A stretch of DNA of 31,154 nt, from positions 1 to 31,154 of the forward strand of contig JBJOIE010000060.1 in the NCBI GenBank assembly GCA_046047295.1. The letters run 5' to 3'. A program made the position numbers and the translations under genes. Source of the stretch: Actinomycetota bacterium (lineage in GTDB: Bacteria > Actinomycetota > Actinomycetes > S36-B12). The notes below the pieces were generated by a model, which had not been told where the DNA came from, did no database searches, and saw only the letters and a program-made list of their open reading frames with translations. Shown here piece by piece: positions 1 through 8,740 of this stretch. How positions within the stretch are numbered: position 1 is the first letter of the stretch; every line of letters begins with the position of its first letter.

Positions 1-12
1 CCTGGAGTAATC

Positions 13-1062
13 GTGAAGCGCACTGCCACAGCAGCCCTGACCCTCGCTCTCATAGCAACCGTTGCCGCGGCCACGCCGGCCTACGCCGAAGACATCAGCA
101 AGGCCGGTTTCCAGACCAGTAACCCGCCAGCCTCGGCCCCACCCGGGGTCTCCCCTGAGGTGTTCTATGACTCGGCCACCGGCACCTATTACCTGCTCAC
201 CACGAGCATGCCACCCACCGAGTACCGCTCAAGTGATGGCGTGAACTGGACTCCCGTGGGCAATGCGCTCCCCATGGGTATCGATTGGTCCATCGTTCAA
301 GAGGGTCCAAATAGTTATCGTCTCTATTACGCGGAAATGGCACCCACGGCCCCGGGTGCGCAGCCGGCAAAACCATGCGCCCCCGGTTCCAAGCAATTGC
401 GCTATGCCACGTCGAGCGATCTGATCAATTGGACACCGCAACCCGGCACCTTGTTGAACGACGTTGGGTGCGGCGTGCCGCACGTGATGAAGACAACCGA
501 CGGACGGTACTTCCTCTACTTCAATAAGCAAGACACCCAGCACGGTGTGCGGGTGGCCACCTCCGCTGATGGTCTGAGTTGGTCAGAGCGCCCGGGCATC
601 ATTGCCAATACCCAAGACCTCGTTGACCCGGCGCCGATCGAAATGCCCGATGGTTCATTCATCATGATCGCTTCATCTATGGGTGGCCCACAGAGTGCCT
701 CCGGCCTGCAGGAACTCCAAATCCTCAGTTCTAAGGATGCCATCACCTGGAACCTGAGGCCGCAGAAGCTTTATGTGGCTCAGGGCGCCAGCGTGCTTGA
801 TCCTTCCGTGGAACTCATCGATGGAAAGTTGCGTGTCTGGTACGGATACGCACCCAACGGAGATCACAACTCTTCGCGCATTGGCGTTGGCACCGTCACC
901 TTCGATGGCAGTGGGTATCAACCAACGGCGTCCACTGTGACGAAGAAGAAGCCCGGTGATCCCTGCACCAAGAAGGGCGCGAAATCCGGGAAGCTCGTCT
1001 GCTACATGCACAAGGGTGACTTGATCTGGGTTCCCAAATCATTCGCTGCCAAGAAGCGCTAG
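13..1062 (+). CDS. Secreted five-bladed beta-propeller protein (GH43/GH32/GH130-like fold) with a short basic, Cys-paired C-terminal module
   Basis: GGAG at 4-7 before GTG. Signal peptide MKR + hydrophobic core + AYA cleavage site. Four Asp-box-like motifs (SSDGVNW, SSDLINW, SADGLSW, SKDAITW). Blade-start motifs DPAPIE and DPSVEL. Substrate unknown. Confidence 0.7.
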   Translation: MKRTATAALTLALIATVAAATPAYAEDISKAGFQTSNPPASAPPGVSPEVFYDSATGTYYLLTTSMPPTEYRSSDGVNWTPVGNALPMGIDWSIVQEGPNSYRLYYAEMAPTAPGAQPAKPCAPGSKQLRYATSSDLINWTPQPGTLLNDVGCGVPHVMKTTDGRYFLYFNKQDTQHGVRVATSADGLSWSERPGIIANTQDLVDPAPIEMPDGSFIMIASSMGGPQSASGLQELQILSSKDAITWNLRPQKLYVAQGASVLDPSVELIDGKLRVWYGYAPNGDHNSSRIGVGTVTFDGSGYQPTASTVTKKKPGDPCTKKGAKSGKLVCYMHKGDLIWVPKSFAAKKR

Positions 1063-1391
1063 GAAAGGGTGATCCACACCTTCCGTAACGGAGCGGTGAT
1101 GGTCCACGTGGTCTGAGCACCATGTGGCAGCAGACCCACCACGCCCGGTGCAAGGTCAATGCGGCCACCATCTGAGCAGGTGACCGTGCCCTCCCCTTCG
1201 AGCACCACGAACACTTCTTCTACCTCGGTGTCTGTGGACTCACCCACGGAGTGCTCCCAGACACCGACCTCCATGTCGCCCAGGGTCGCCTCCGCGCTGA
1301 CCGCGGTGGTCACATTCCCACTCACGTTGCGCCCGGCGTCGAGCGCACGGTGACTGAGCGGGACCTGGTTTGCGTCGAAGGAGCGAATCAC
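1059..1391 (-). CDS. Cupin domain protein (DUF861/EutQ-like)
   Basis: GVWEHSVG...EEVFVVLEGEGTV...DLAPG.....G..TTWTI..PLRKVW matches the cupin_3 pattern; canonical metal-binding His pair not seen. Last gene of the MFS-amidohydrolase unit. Confidence 0.75.
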   Translation of the reverse strand: MIRSFDANQVPLSHRALDAGRNVSGNVTTAVSAEATLGDMEVGVWEHSVGESTDTEVEEVFVVLEGEGTVTCSDGGRIDLAPGVVGLLPHGAQTTWTITAPLRKVWITLS

Positions 1392-1412
1392 CTTCGCAGC
1401 GTAAGCCTCACC

Positions 1413-3137
1413 TCAGCACTTATGCGCGATCGCCGCGTGCGCAAGTCCCTGGTGCTCGCTCGGGTCGATGGACGTGACCGTCGCCAGGAAGGCATCGGGA
1501 TCCGTCTTGGTCCCATTGAGCCAGGTGCCGTTCACCTTGACCTGCTCGGTCAACTTGTCCGAATCCACCGTGTAGGGATCGGCAGATAGTTGCACCAGAT
1601 CGGCGCGCTTGCCGACTTCGATCGAACCCAGATCCTTCTCCCGGAATAGCTGTCGAGCTGCATTGATGGTGTGCGCGCGGAGAGCATCGTCCAAACTCAC
1701 TTGCTGTTCGGGGCCATGGAGGGTGCCCGACGGAGTGCGGCGGGTGACCATGCACTGGATGTTCAGCAGCGGAATCGGTGGGCTGACCGAGCCATCGTTG
1801 TGGAAGGTCACCAGCGCACCGGAACGGAAAGCGTCTCCCCCACGCATCCATTGGCTTCCGATTTCGGTCGGGAACATCTGACCGTCGAGCAGATCACCCC
1901 AGTAGATGAACTGGGCCGGCAGCAGAGAAATCGAGACGCCCAACGATGCAGCGCGATCGAACTGATCGCCGCGACAACCGCCCACGTGCTCGACCCGCCA
2001 GCGATGGTCGGTGCCGAGCAGACCGTTCGTTGCGAGCGCATGTTCGTAGGCGTCGAGCACCACGTCCAAGCCCACATCACCGTTCACGTGGAAGGCGAAC
2101 TGCCAACCCAGCGGCGCGTACTTTGCAAGGATTTCATCGAGCTCGGCGCGGGTGTAGTTCATCATTCCTTCACCACCGGGGCCGAGCGGAATCTCCGCGT
2201 TCTTCACCACAGGTGAATCCAGGTAAGGGAAGGACGACGCGATGGTGCCCACCCAGGGCGATCCATCGGCCCACAACTTGATTCCCTGCTTCCACAAGAT
2301 GTCCGAGGGTGCTGAGATGGCGATCTTGTCGCCACAGTCAGCTTCGATCGACATGTGATAGAGCGCAACACGCACGAGCGACTCAGGGACGGACGCGCAT
2401 GCCTCATATCCCTTGAGCAGGTTGCCCTCGAACGTGTGCTCGGTAGTCATGGTGATGCCGTTACTGGACATCAAGGCGAAGAAGCGCGCCAAGGACTGCA
2501 ACGGGTGCGGCACCGCTTGGCCGAGCACCTTCCCCGCCGCTTCGAGGACCGCAGCTGTCTCGTATGCGCGCCCGTTCGATGTGCCATCGTCGTTGCGACC
2601 GTAGCGAGCACCCACCGGATCAGCAGGGGGCTTTCCATCAGCCCAGCCATTCAACGTGATGGTGGCTGAGTTGAAGTAGGCCTCGTGGCCGGAGTTGTCG
2701 ATCACCACCACCGGTCGGGAAGGGAAGAAGGCATCCAGATCGGTATTAGTGAGTTCCGGAGCACCCTGCAGCAGCCGGTCGAGACCGTTGAATAACAGCG
2801 CCTGGCCGGCCGGCAACTCGGCGTCGAGTTTCTTCCAGAATGCCTGGACATCGGCGTAGCCGGGATAACCCATGTACGGCGAAATCCAATACGCCGGGGA
2901 CTGGGTGACCATGCCCCCGAGTGCAGGATGACTGTGCGCATCGATGAAGCCGGGCATCACCACATCGCTGCCCAGATCGGTGACGCTCACGCCCGGCGCC
3001 GCGGCCTGGACCTCAGCCAAAGTGCCAACGGCCGTGATGGTGCCGGACGTAGTGTCGATGGCGATCGCCTCGGCGCGTGGTTGAGCATCGTTCATCGTGA
3101 TGATCGAGGAGGCCTTCACGATCAGATCGGCTGCCAT
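1413..3137 (-). CDS. Metal-dependent amidohydrolase, YtcJ/NfdA-like (Amidohydro_3)
   Basis: PGFIDAHSH, IKLWADGS, FHVNGD, RVEH, HNDGSV and GSIEVGKRADLVQL motifs. Start moved from 3254 to ATG 3137 (MAADLIVKA), which has GAAAGGGA upstream and does not overlap the MFS gene. Confidence 0.85.
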   Translation of the reverse strand: MAADLIVKASSIITMNDAQPRAEAIAIDTTSGTITAVGTLAEVQAAAPGVSVTDLGSDVVMPGFIDAHSHPALGGMVTQSPAYWISPYMGYPGYADVQAFWKKLDAELPAGQALLFNGLDRLLQGAPELTNTDLDAFFPSRPVVVIDNSGHEAYFNSATITLNGWADGKPPADPVGARYGRNDDGTSNGRAYETAAVLEAAGKVLGQAVPHPLQSLARFFALMSSNGITMTTEHTFEGNLLKGYEACASVPESLVRVALYHMSIEADCGDKIAISAPSDILWKQGIKLWADGSPWVGTIASSFPYLDSPVVKNAEIPLGPGGEGMMNYTRAELDEILAKYAPLGWQFAFHVNGDVGLDVVLDAYEHALATNGLLGTDHRWRVEHVGGCRGDQFDRAASLGVSISLLPAQFIYWGDLLDGQMFPTEIGSQWMRGGDAFRSGALVTFHNDGSVSPPIPLLNIQCMVTRRTPSGTLHGPEQQVSLDDALRAHTINAARQLFREKDLGSIEVGKRADLVQLSADPYTVDSDKLTEQVKVNGTWLNGTKTDPDAFLATVTSIDPSEHQGLAHAAIAHKC

Positions 3138-3168
3138 GAGTTCCCTTTCGTAGGTTCGGTCAGTGGTG

Positions 3169-4770
3169 TCAGTGGCTAGCAGGGGGCGGGGCGGGCGGTG
3201 TGGACGGTGATGGATTAACTGGCGCCGGGGGCTGGACTTCGTGAGTTGGCTCACCGGACTTGCGAACCAACATGACCGCTACAAAGCCCGCGATCAACAT
3301 GAACACCGCAGATGTGATCATGACTGTCGTGAACGCTCCGGAGTAACTCGTCACAGCATTTGCCAGCGCCTCCTTACCCAACTTAGTAGTTGGGTCGGTT
3401 CCGGAACGTGCAAACGCGTTGACCGAAGAGACCGCTGTACCGATCGAGTCGGATTGCACGCCGGCTTCCTCCAACCGACGGACCACGCCACCAATGGTGA
3501 ATCGGTCGATGATCACGGTGGACATAGCAAGGCCGATCGAGTAGAAGAACTGACCGATCGTGGTGCGCGAACTGGTTACTGGACCAAATTGTGCCGGAGG
3601 GGCCACCTTCATGATCAGGGTGCCGAAGGGGATGGAGACCATAGCCACACCGGCACCAGTGGTCAACGTGCCCGGCAAGAAGGCCACAAAGGATTTCTGG
3701 CTACTGACCAGAGCCAGCATGACGAATCCCGCACTGGTGATGAGGGTTCCGATCAAGATCGTCGTGCGGCTACTCAGCCCCTTGCTCATCCAGCGTCCGG
3801 TAAGCAGGGCACTCACCACGCTAGCCGCGGTGAGCGGAACCTGCCAAAAGGCAATGTCGCGAGTGGATACGTCCGTCACGTACTGCCATAGGTTGGTTAA
3901 CTGTAGGAAGGACACAGCGGTGCCAAAGTTGTAGATGAACCCGACAAGTATCGCTGCGATGAACAGCGGCGACTTGAATATGTGCACCGGGTAGAACGCC
4001 TTCTTAGACTTCGCTTCGTGTACGAAGAAGAGCGCGAACAGGACAGCACCGATGCCGAGCGGGAGCAGGGTTTGCGGTGAGGTGAAGCTGCGACCTAGTT
4101 GACTCACGCCGTAGAGCAATCCGACGATCCCGAGTCCGAGCAGGAGTTGGCCGACAACGTCGAGCTGGACGTCCTTCAAGGCTGGTTCCGGTGGCAGAAC
4201 GATGGGCACGAGTAGGAAAGCGAGAATGGCCGTGACTGCGGTGACGAAGAAGCCGAGCCGCCAGTCCACGCCCACGAGGAAACTGCCTGCGAACATGAAC
4301 ACCAGGGTGGACAAACCAATAACGGCGCCGAACAAGCCGAGTGCGGCGGCCAACTGGCCGGGCTTGGCGACCGCCCGGATATACGCGAAGGATGCGCCGA
4401 ACACGGCACCCAGACCCACGCCGATCACGGCCTGGCCAATGAAGTAGATGCCGGACACCGGAGCCAGGCCGGAAATGGCACTACCTGCGGCACCCACGAG
4501 CAGTGCGGCAAGGAGCACACGCCGCCTGCCGAGGCGATCGGCGAGTAGGCCCGTGGTGATCACAGTTGCCGCGACGAATAGCGTCTGAATACTCGCAGCG
4601 AGGGCCACCCCTCCCGCGGTCATGTTGAGGTCCCGGGACAGCGTGATCAGCGCGGTGCTGTTGATGTTGGGCGCCGCACCCTGGATGGCACCCATGATTC
4701 CCAACAAGGGCACAGCCAGGGCGATCAGGCGCGGGGCTTTCGTGGAGGTAGCGGGCGCGGGGGTACTCAC
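3169..4770 (-). CDS. MFS transporter, 14-TMS DHA2 (EmrB/QacA-like) type
   Basis: Motif [12 protein letters not shown], many hydrophobic segments, large loop before the last helix. Start moved to GTG 4770 (VSTPAP) with GAAGGA upstream. Confidence 0.85.
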   Translation of the reverse strand: MSTPAPATSTKAPRLIALAVPLLGIMGAIQGAAPNINSTALITLSRDLNMTAGGVALAASIQTLFVAATVITTGLLADRLGRRRVLLAALLVGAAGSAISGLAPVSGIYFIGQAVIGVGLGAVFGASFAYIRAVAKPGQLAAALGLFGAVIGLSTLVFMFAGSFLVGVDWRLGFFVTAVTAILAFLLVPIVLPPEPALKDVQLDVVGQLLLGLGIVGLLYGVSQLGRSFTSPQTLLPLGIGAVLFALFFVHEAKSKKAFYPVHIFKSPLFIAAILVGFIYNFGTAVSFLQLTNLWQYVTDVSTRDIAFWQVPLTAASVVSALLTGRWMSKGLSSRTTILIGTLITSAGFVMLALVSSQKSFVAFLPGTLTTGAGVAMVSIPFGTLIMKVAPPAQFGPVTSSRTTIGQFFYSIGLAMSTVIIDRFTIGGVVRRLEEAGVQSDSIGTAVSSVNAFARSGTDPTTKLGKEALANAVTSYSGAFTTVMITSAVFMLIAGFVAVMLVRKSGEPTHEVQPPAPVNPSPSTPPAPPPASH

Positions 4771-4809
4771 AGCAGTTCCTTCATCACTGTCCCCACCCAA
4801 CCAGAACAC

Positions 4810-4823
4810 TTGTCGCTAGACAA
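4810..4823. promoter_or_regulatory. Candidate operator, TTGTC-N4-GACAA, upstream of the MFS-amidohydrolase-cupin unit
   Basis: Perfect 5-bp inverted repeat ttgtc-gcta-gacaa, 40 bp upstream of the MFS start. An imperfect ggttcaac-acct-gttaacc lies at 4826-4844. No regulator gene in the window. Confidence 0.3.
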
Positions 4824-4864
4824 ATGGTTCAACACCTGTTAACCGGATTGCGCCCGAGATGCGT

Positions 4865-4885
4865 TACACCACTTAGGTGTATTGT
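4865..4885 (+). promoter_or_regulatory. vapBC operator palindrome overlapping a -10 element (probable leaderless promoter)
   Basis: TACACC-ACTTA-GGTGTA at 4865-4881. TATTGT (TANNNT) at 4880-4885, 7 nt before ATG 4893. No Shine-Dalgarno sequence. Confidence 0.55.
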
Positions 4886-4892
4886 TTTCCAC

Positions 4893-5117
4893 ATGTCTAG
4901 AACCAATATCGACATCGACGATGCGTTGGTGGAACGTGTGATGGTGCGATTTCACCTCAAGACCAAGCGCGAGGCGGTCGACTACGCCCTGCGTCACCTG
5001 GTCGGCCAGCCCATGACCCGCGAAGAGATGATCGCGATGGCCGGATCGATGCCGGACTTCGAGATTCCTGAGGATCCCCCCGAGTACGGCTTCGAGTGGC
5101 ATGTCGATCCTCGCTGA
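4893..5117 (+). CDS. vapB: VapB-family antitoxin (ribbon-helix-helix)
   Basis: [17 protein letters not shown]....[13 protein letters not shown] is the typical actinobacterial VapB N-terminus. Overlaps the downstream PIN gene. Start moved from 4824 to 4893. Confidence 0.85.
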   Translation: MSRTNIDIDDALVERVMVRFHLKTKREAVDYALRHLVGQPMTREEMIAMAGSMPDFEIPEDPPEYGFEWHVDPR

Positions 5118-5484
5118 TACGTCCATGTGGGTTGATCACCTGCGGGACTCCGATACTGCGCTGGGGCGTCTCCTCACCTCCGGAAGCAGCGTCGCCTACA
5201 CGGAACCTGTACTCATGGAGGTGCTTATGGGTGCCCGCAGCGACTCCGAGTGGTGCACACTCCGCCGTTTCATGACCGGTGCTGACCTGATCCCGTTCGA
5301 ATCCATCGCGGACTTCGAAGGCGCTGCTCGCATCAACCGACAGGGTCGAGCGAACGGGATCACCCTCAGCAAGTTCGATTGCCTGATTCTCGCCGTCGCC
5401 AAGCGCACAGAAGTTGCACTTGTAACTCGTGACCAACGTCAAGCAGAAGTTGCACAGCTGATTGGGGTCCGGCTAGCGAGTTAA
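5101..5484 (+). CDS. vapC: VapC-family PIN-domain ribonuclease toxin
   Basis: [24 protein letters not shown] and VTRD carry the conserved acidic PIN residues. 127 aa; 17-bp overlap with vapB. Confidence 0.9.
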   Translation: MSILADTSMWVDHLRDSDTALGRLLTSGSSVAYTEPVLMEVLMGARSDSEWCTLRRFMTGADLIPFESIADFEGAARINRQGRANGITLSKFDCLILAVAKRTEVALVTRDQRQAEVAQLIGVRLAS

Positions 5485-6275
5485 TCCAAGGATCGCAGAC
5501 TGCGCGTCTCGCGCTGGCGCGCCAACCAAAGCTCTGGCGACGGATATCCCACCTCTTCTAGAACCAATGGAAATCCGGGCATCACGGTCACACCCGAATT
5601 CTTTTCACCAGATTCCAACACTTCACCTGGCCAGGAACTATTGCGACGGTGATCCCCCACCGGAAGCATTACACCCACTAAGGAACGCACCATGGAGTGA
5701 CAAAAAGCGTCAGCCTGCACTTGCATCACGGCCATTCCCGAATCATCACGCTGCCACGTAAGAAGCTGAAGCGTGCGGATTGTGCTGGCGAATTCCCGCT
5801 GCTTACAAAAGGGAGCAAAGTCATGCTCACCAAGTAGTGCTTGCGCTGCTTCATTCATCGCATCGAGATCCAATATCCGCGGATGGGCCAGTGCGGTATT
5901 GCGGAGTAGCGGATCCGGGCCATCTGCCGCATCACTTACTCGATAGGAATACCTACGCCAGATGGCGCAGAAACGAGCATCAAAGTCTTGTGACACTTCT
6001 TCAATACTCGTGACGCGCACATCGCCGGGCAGCGCGCGATTGATTCTGCGAACGTCTACGTCTTGCGGCCACACCGAAGCGTCCATGTGCGCCACCTGAC
6101 CTCGCGCATGAACGCCAGCATCCGTCCGCCCCGCGCATTGCACTTCCACGGCCGCCCCGAAAAGGTGGCTCAGCACCTGCTGCAGGTCACCTTGAACGGT
6201 GCGCAAGCCCGTTGCCTCCGGCTGTATAGCCCATCCTGAGAATCCTGCGCCGTCGTAGGAAATGCCTAGGCGCAA
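5481..6275 (-). CDS. truA: tRNA pseudouridine(38-40) synthase TruA
   Basis: ISYDG..FSGW, AGRTDAGVHARGQVAH, LLGEHDF..FC, ADAFCHSMVRSLVG. Usual position after rplQ. The true start may lie upstream of 6275 (see findings). Confidence 0.95.
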   Translation of the reverse strand: MRLGISYDGAGFSGWAIQPEATGLRTVQGDLQQVLSHLFGAAVEVQCAGRTDAGVHARGQVAHMDASVWPQDVDVRRINRALPGDVRVTSIEEVSQDFDARFCAIWRRYSYRVSDAADGPDPLLRNTALAHPRILDLDAMNEAAQALLGEHDFAPFCKQREFASTIRTLQLLTWQRDDSGMAVMQVQADAFCHSMVRSLVGVMLPVGDHRRNSSWPGEVLESGEKNSGVTVMPGFPLVLEEVGYPSPELWLARQRETRSLRSLD

Positions 6276-6279
6276 ACGG

Positions 6280-6313
6280 ATCAGCCCGCCCCCGGAAACG
6301 GGTGCGGGCTGAT
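6280..6313 (-). terminator. Stem-loop after rplQ (probable terminator/attenuator)
   Basis: atcagcccgc...gcgggctgat 10-bp arms plus a 4-bp inner stem, 18 nt after the rplQ stop. No strong U-tract. Confidence 0.55.
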
Positions 6314-6331
6314 CGAGGCTGTGCGATTCGC

Positions 6332-6937
6332 TCAGGACTCGTCCTTCGCTTCTTCTTTGGCCTCAACGGCTTCTTCAATAGCATCCGCCTCGGCAGGGGT
6401 TTCACCTGCTGCTTCGGCATCCACCGCAGCCTCTTGAGCTACGGCATCTGCTGCTGCAGTCTCTTCAGCGGGAGTTTCGCTTTCTTCGGTTGCGGCGGGA
6501 GCGACTGCCTCTTCTTTGGCCGCCTTCTCCTTCGCTGCGCGCTTGGTTGCGCCCGTTGCTTCGGCTACAACCTGCTCGGCCATCGGCTCCACGAGTTCAA
6601 TCACGGCCATGGGGGCGTTGTCACCCTTGCGCGGACCAATTTTGGTGATCCGGGTGTAGCCACCATGGCGACCCGCGTACTGCGGAGCAATCTCAGTGAA
6701 GAGCACGTGCACCACGGACTTGTCACGAACAACGGTCATCACCCGGCGACGCGAGGCAAGATCGCCACGCTTGGCCAAGGTGACCATCCGCTCGGCCAGG
6801 GGGCGCAAGCGCTTTGCCTTGGCTTCAGTGGTGGTGATCTTGCCGTGCTCGAATAGTGAAGTGGCGAGGTTGGCGAGTATCAATCGCTCATGCGCCGGAC
6901 CGCCGCCGAGGCGGGGACCTTTAGTTGGCGTAGGCAT
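6332..6937 (-). CDS. rplQ: 50S ribosomal protein L17 with an acidic Ala/Glu-rich C-terminal extension
   Basis: [12 protein letters not shown]...[13 protein letters not shown]...[25 protein letters not shown]. Confidence 0.98.
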   Translation of the reverse strand: MPTPTKGPRLGGGPAHERLILANLATSLFEHGKITTTEAKAKRLRPLAERMVTLAKRGDLASRRRVMTVVRDKSVVHVLFTEIAPQYAGRHGGYTRITKIGPRKGDNAPMAVIELVEPMAEQVVAEATGATKRAAKEKAAKEEAVAPAATEESETPAEETAAADAVAQEAAVDAEAAGETPAEADAIEEAVEAKEEAKDES

Positions 6938-6964
6938 TTTCTTTCTCCTATTTCTTCAGCTCGC

Positions 6965-7993
6965 CTAGAGCTGCTCGTCCTCGGGGAACGCGAAGTCTTC
7001 GCCTTCCTCATCCTCGTCATCTGAGAAGTACACGGCAGCCCCGGGATCGAATCCGGGCGGGCTGTCCTTGAGAGCCAGGCCAAGCCCAGCAAGCTTGACC
7101 TTGACCTCATCGATTGACTTCGAACCGAAGTTACGAATGTCGAGCAGATCGGCCTCCGAGCGCGTAATGAGCTCGCCCACGGTGTGGATGCCTTCACGCT
7201 TGAGGCAGTTGTAGGAGCGAACGGTCATATCCAACTGCTCAATCGGCGTGGAGAGCTGCTCGGCAGCGAAGGCATCGACCGGCGACGGGCCGATGTCGAT
7301 GCCCTCAGCATCCACGTTGAGTTCACGGGCTAGGCCGAAGAGCTCCACCAGGGTCTTACCTGCTGATGCGATGGCATCGCGCGGGAGCATCGAAGACTTG
7401 GTCTCCACGTCAAGCACCAACTTGTCAAAGTCGGTGCGCTGCTCAACGCGGGTGGCCTCAACCTTGTAGCTGACCTTGAGGACAGGCGAGTAGATCGAAT
7501 CCACCGGGATCCGGCCAATCTCCTGGCCGGGCTGCTTGTTCATAACGGCGGGGACGTAGCCGCGGCCACGCTCCACCACAAACTCGATCTCGAGGTGACC
7601 CTTGTCATTGAGGGTGGCGAGGTAGAGGTCTGGATTGTGAATCTCCACGCCAGCCGGGGGCTGAATGTCACCGGCAGTGACAGCGCCAGCGCCATCCTTG
7701 CGCAGGTACATCACAACCGGATCATCATGATCGGAGGAAACAACCATCTGCTTGATGTTCAAGATCAGCTCGGTGACATCTTCCTTAACACCGGGAACGG
7801 TGCTGAACTCGTGCAGCACGCCGTCGATGCGAATGCTGGTGATGGCAGCACCGGGAATCGATGAAAGCAACGTGCGGCGAAGCGAGTTGCCGAGGGTGTA
7901 GCCGAATCCGGGCTCAAGTGGCTCGAGGATGAACCGTGAACGGAACTCGGAGATGGGTTCTTCCGAAAGGATCGGACGCTGACTAATGAGCAC
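6965..7993 (-). CDS. rpoA: RNA polymerase alpha subunit
   Basis: [27 protein letters not shown]; alpha-[15 protein letters not shown]...RNFGSKS. Confidence 0.99.
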   Translation of the reverse strand: MLISQRPILSEEPISEFRSRFILEPLEPGFGYTLGNSLRRTLLSSIPGAAITSIRIDGVLHEFSTVPGVKEDVTELILNIKQMVVSSDHDDPVVMYLRKDGAGAVTAGDIQPPAGVEIHNPDLYLATLNDKGHLEIEFVVERGRGYVPAVMNKQPGQEIGRIPVDSIYSPVLKVSYKVEATRVEQRTDFDKLVLDVETKSSMLPRDAIASAGKTLVELFGLARELNVDAEGIDIGPSPVDAFAAEQLSTPIEQLDMTVRSYNCLKREGIHTVGELITRSEADLLDIRNFGSKSIDEVKVKLAGLGLALKDSPPGFDPGAAVYFSDDEDEEGEDFAFPEDEQL

Positions 7994-8008
7994 TTCTTAC
8001 TTCCTTCC

Positions 8009-8034
8009 CGCAACGACCGCTATTTGACGTTGCG
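8009..8034 (-). promoter_or_regulatory. Hairpin in the rpoA-rplQ leader (candidate ribosomal-leader RNA)
   Basis: On the mRNA: CGCAACG-UCAAAUAGCGGU-CGUUGCG, directly followed by the SD GGAAGGA and the rpoA GTG. Confidence 0.45.
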
Positions 8035-8049
8035 ATTCTTCGTAAGGAT

Positions 8050-8073
8050 GGCGCGCGCGGGATCACGCGCGCC
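8050..8073 (-). other. GC-rich stem-loop just after the rpsD stop
   Basis: ggcgcgcg (8050-8057) and cgcgcgcc (8066-8073) arms; the stem extends by U-G and G-C pairs on the mRNA. No U-tract. Confidence 0.45.
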
Positions 8074-8079
8074 GCACTA

Positions 8080-8706
8080 CTACTTGGAGTACAACTCGAC
8101 GATGAGTTGCTCTTGAACCTGGGTGTCGATGACCTCGCGCGCCGGCAGCGAGTGCACGAGTACGCGCATCTGCGACGGAACAACTTCGAGCCATGCGGGA
8201 ACTGGCTTCTCGCCAACCTCTGCATGGGCCACGATGAACGGAGTCATCTCCTTGGACTTCACGCGAACTTCGATGATGTCGCCTGGGGAAACACGGAAGG
8301 AAGGAATGTTGACCTTCTTGCCGTTCACCGTGAAGTGACCGTGGGTGACGAGTTGGCGCGCCATGTCACGTGACTTGGCAAAGCCTGCGCGGAACACCAC
8401 GTTGTCCAGGCGGGATTCGAGGATGCGCAGCAGGTTGTCACCGGTCTTACCGCTTTGACGGTTGGCCTCGGCGAAGTAGTTGCTGAACTGCTTCTCGAGA
8501 ACGCCGTACATGCGAACGGCCTTCTGCTTTTCGCGCAACTGGAGCAAGTACTCGCTGTCCTTGCTGCGACCACGGCCGTGCTGGCCGGGCGGGTAGGGCC
8601 GCTTTTCGAAGGGGCACTTCGGTGACTCGCACTTGGCTCCCTTGAGGAACAGCTTCATTTTCTCGCGACGGCACCGCTTGCAATCTGCGTCTGTATAACG
8701 CGCCAT
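8080..8706 (-). CDS. rpsD: 30S ribosomal protein S4 (Zn-ribbon, four-Cys form)
   Basis: MARYT...CKRCRRE...KCESPKC; [15 protein letters not shown]. Confidence 0.99.
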   Translation of the reverse strand: MARYTDADCKRCRREKMKLFLKGAKCESPKCPFEKRPYPPGQHGRGRSKDSEYLLQLREKQKAVRMYGVLEKQFSNYFAEANRQSGKTGDNLLRILESRLDNVVFRAGFAKSRDMARQLVTHGHFTVNGKKVNIPSFRVSPGDIIEVRVKSKEMTPFIVAHAEVGEKPVPAWLEVVPSQMRVLVHSLPAREVIDTQVQEQLIVELYSK

Positions 8707-8740
8707 GACCTAGTTCTCCTAAATTATTTCTGCTGCGCGA

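Noticed and set aside
1059-1062. Convergent stop codons sharing CTAG
   Set aside because: A common result of genome compaction; no flanking repeat or insertion signature.
5408-5455. 12-bp direct repeat CAGAAGTTGCAC 36 bp apart in vapC
   Set aside because: In frame, encodes EVA twice; at most a small internal duplication with no evident function.
4896-5568. 12-bp direct repeat TCTAGAACCAAT at 4896 and 5557, a possible target-site duplication around vapBC
   Set aside because: Both copies are inside coding sequences and do not bracket the module. By rough estimate, about one 12-mer match at this spacing is expected by chance in 31 kb.
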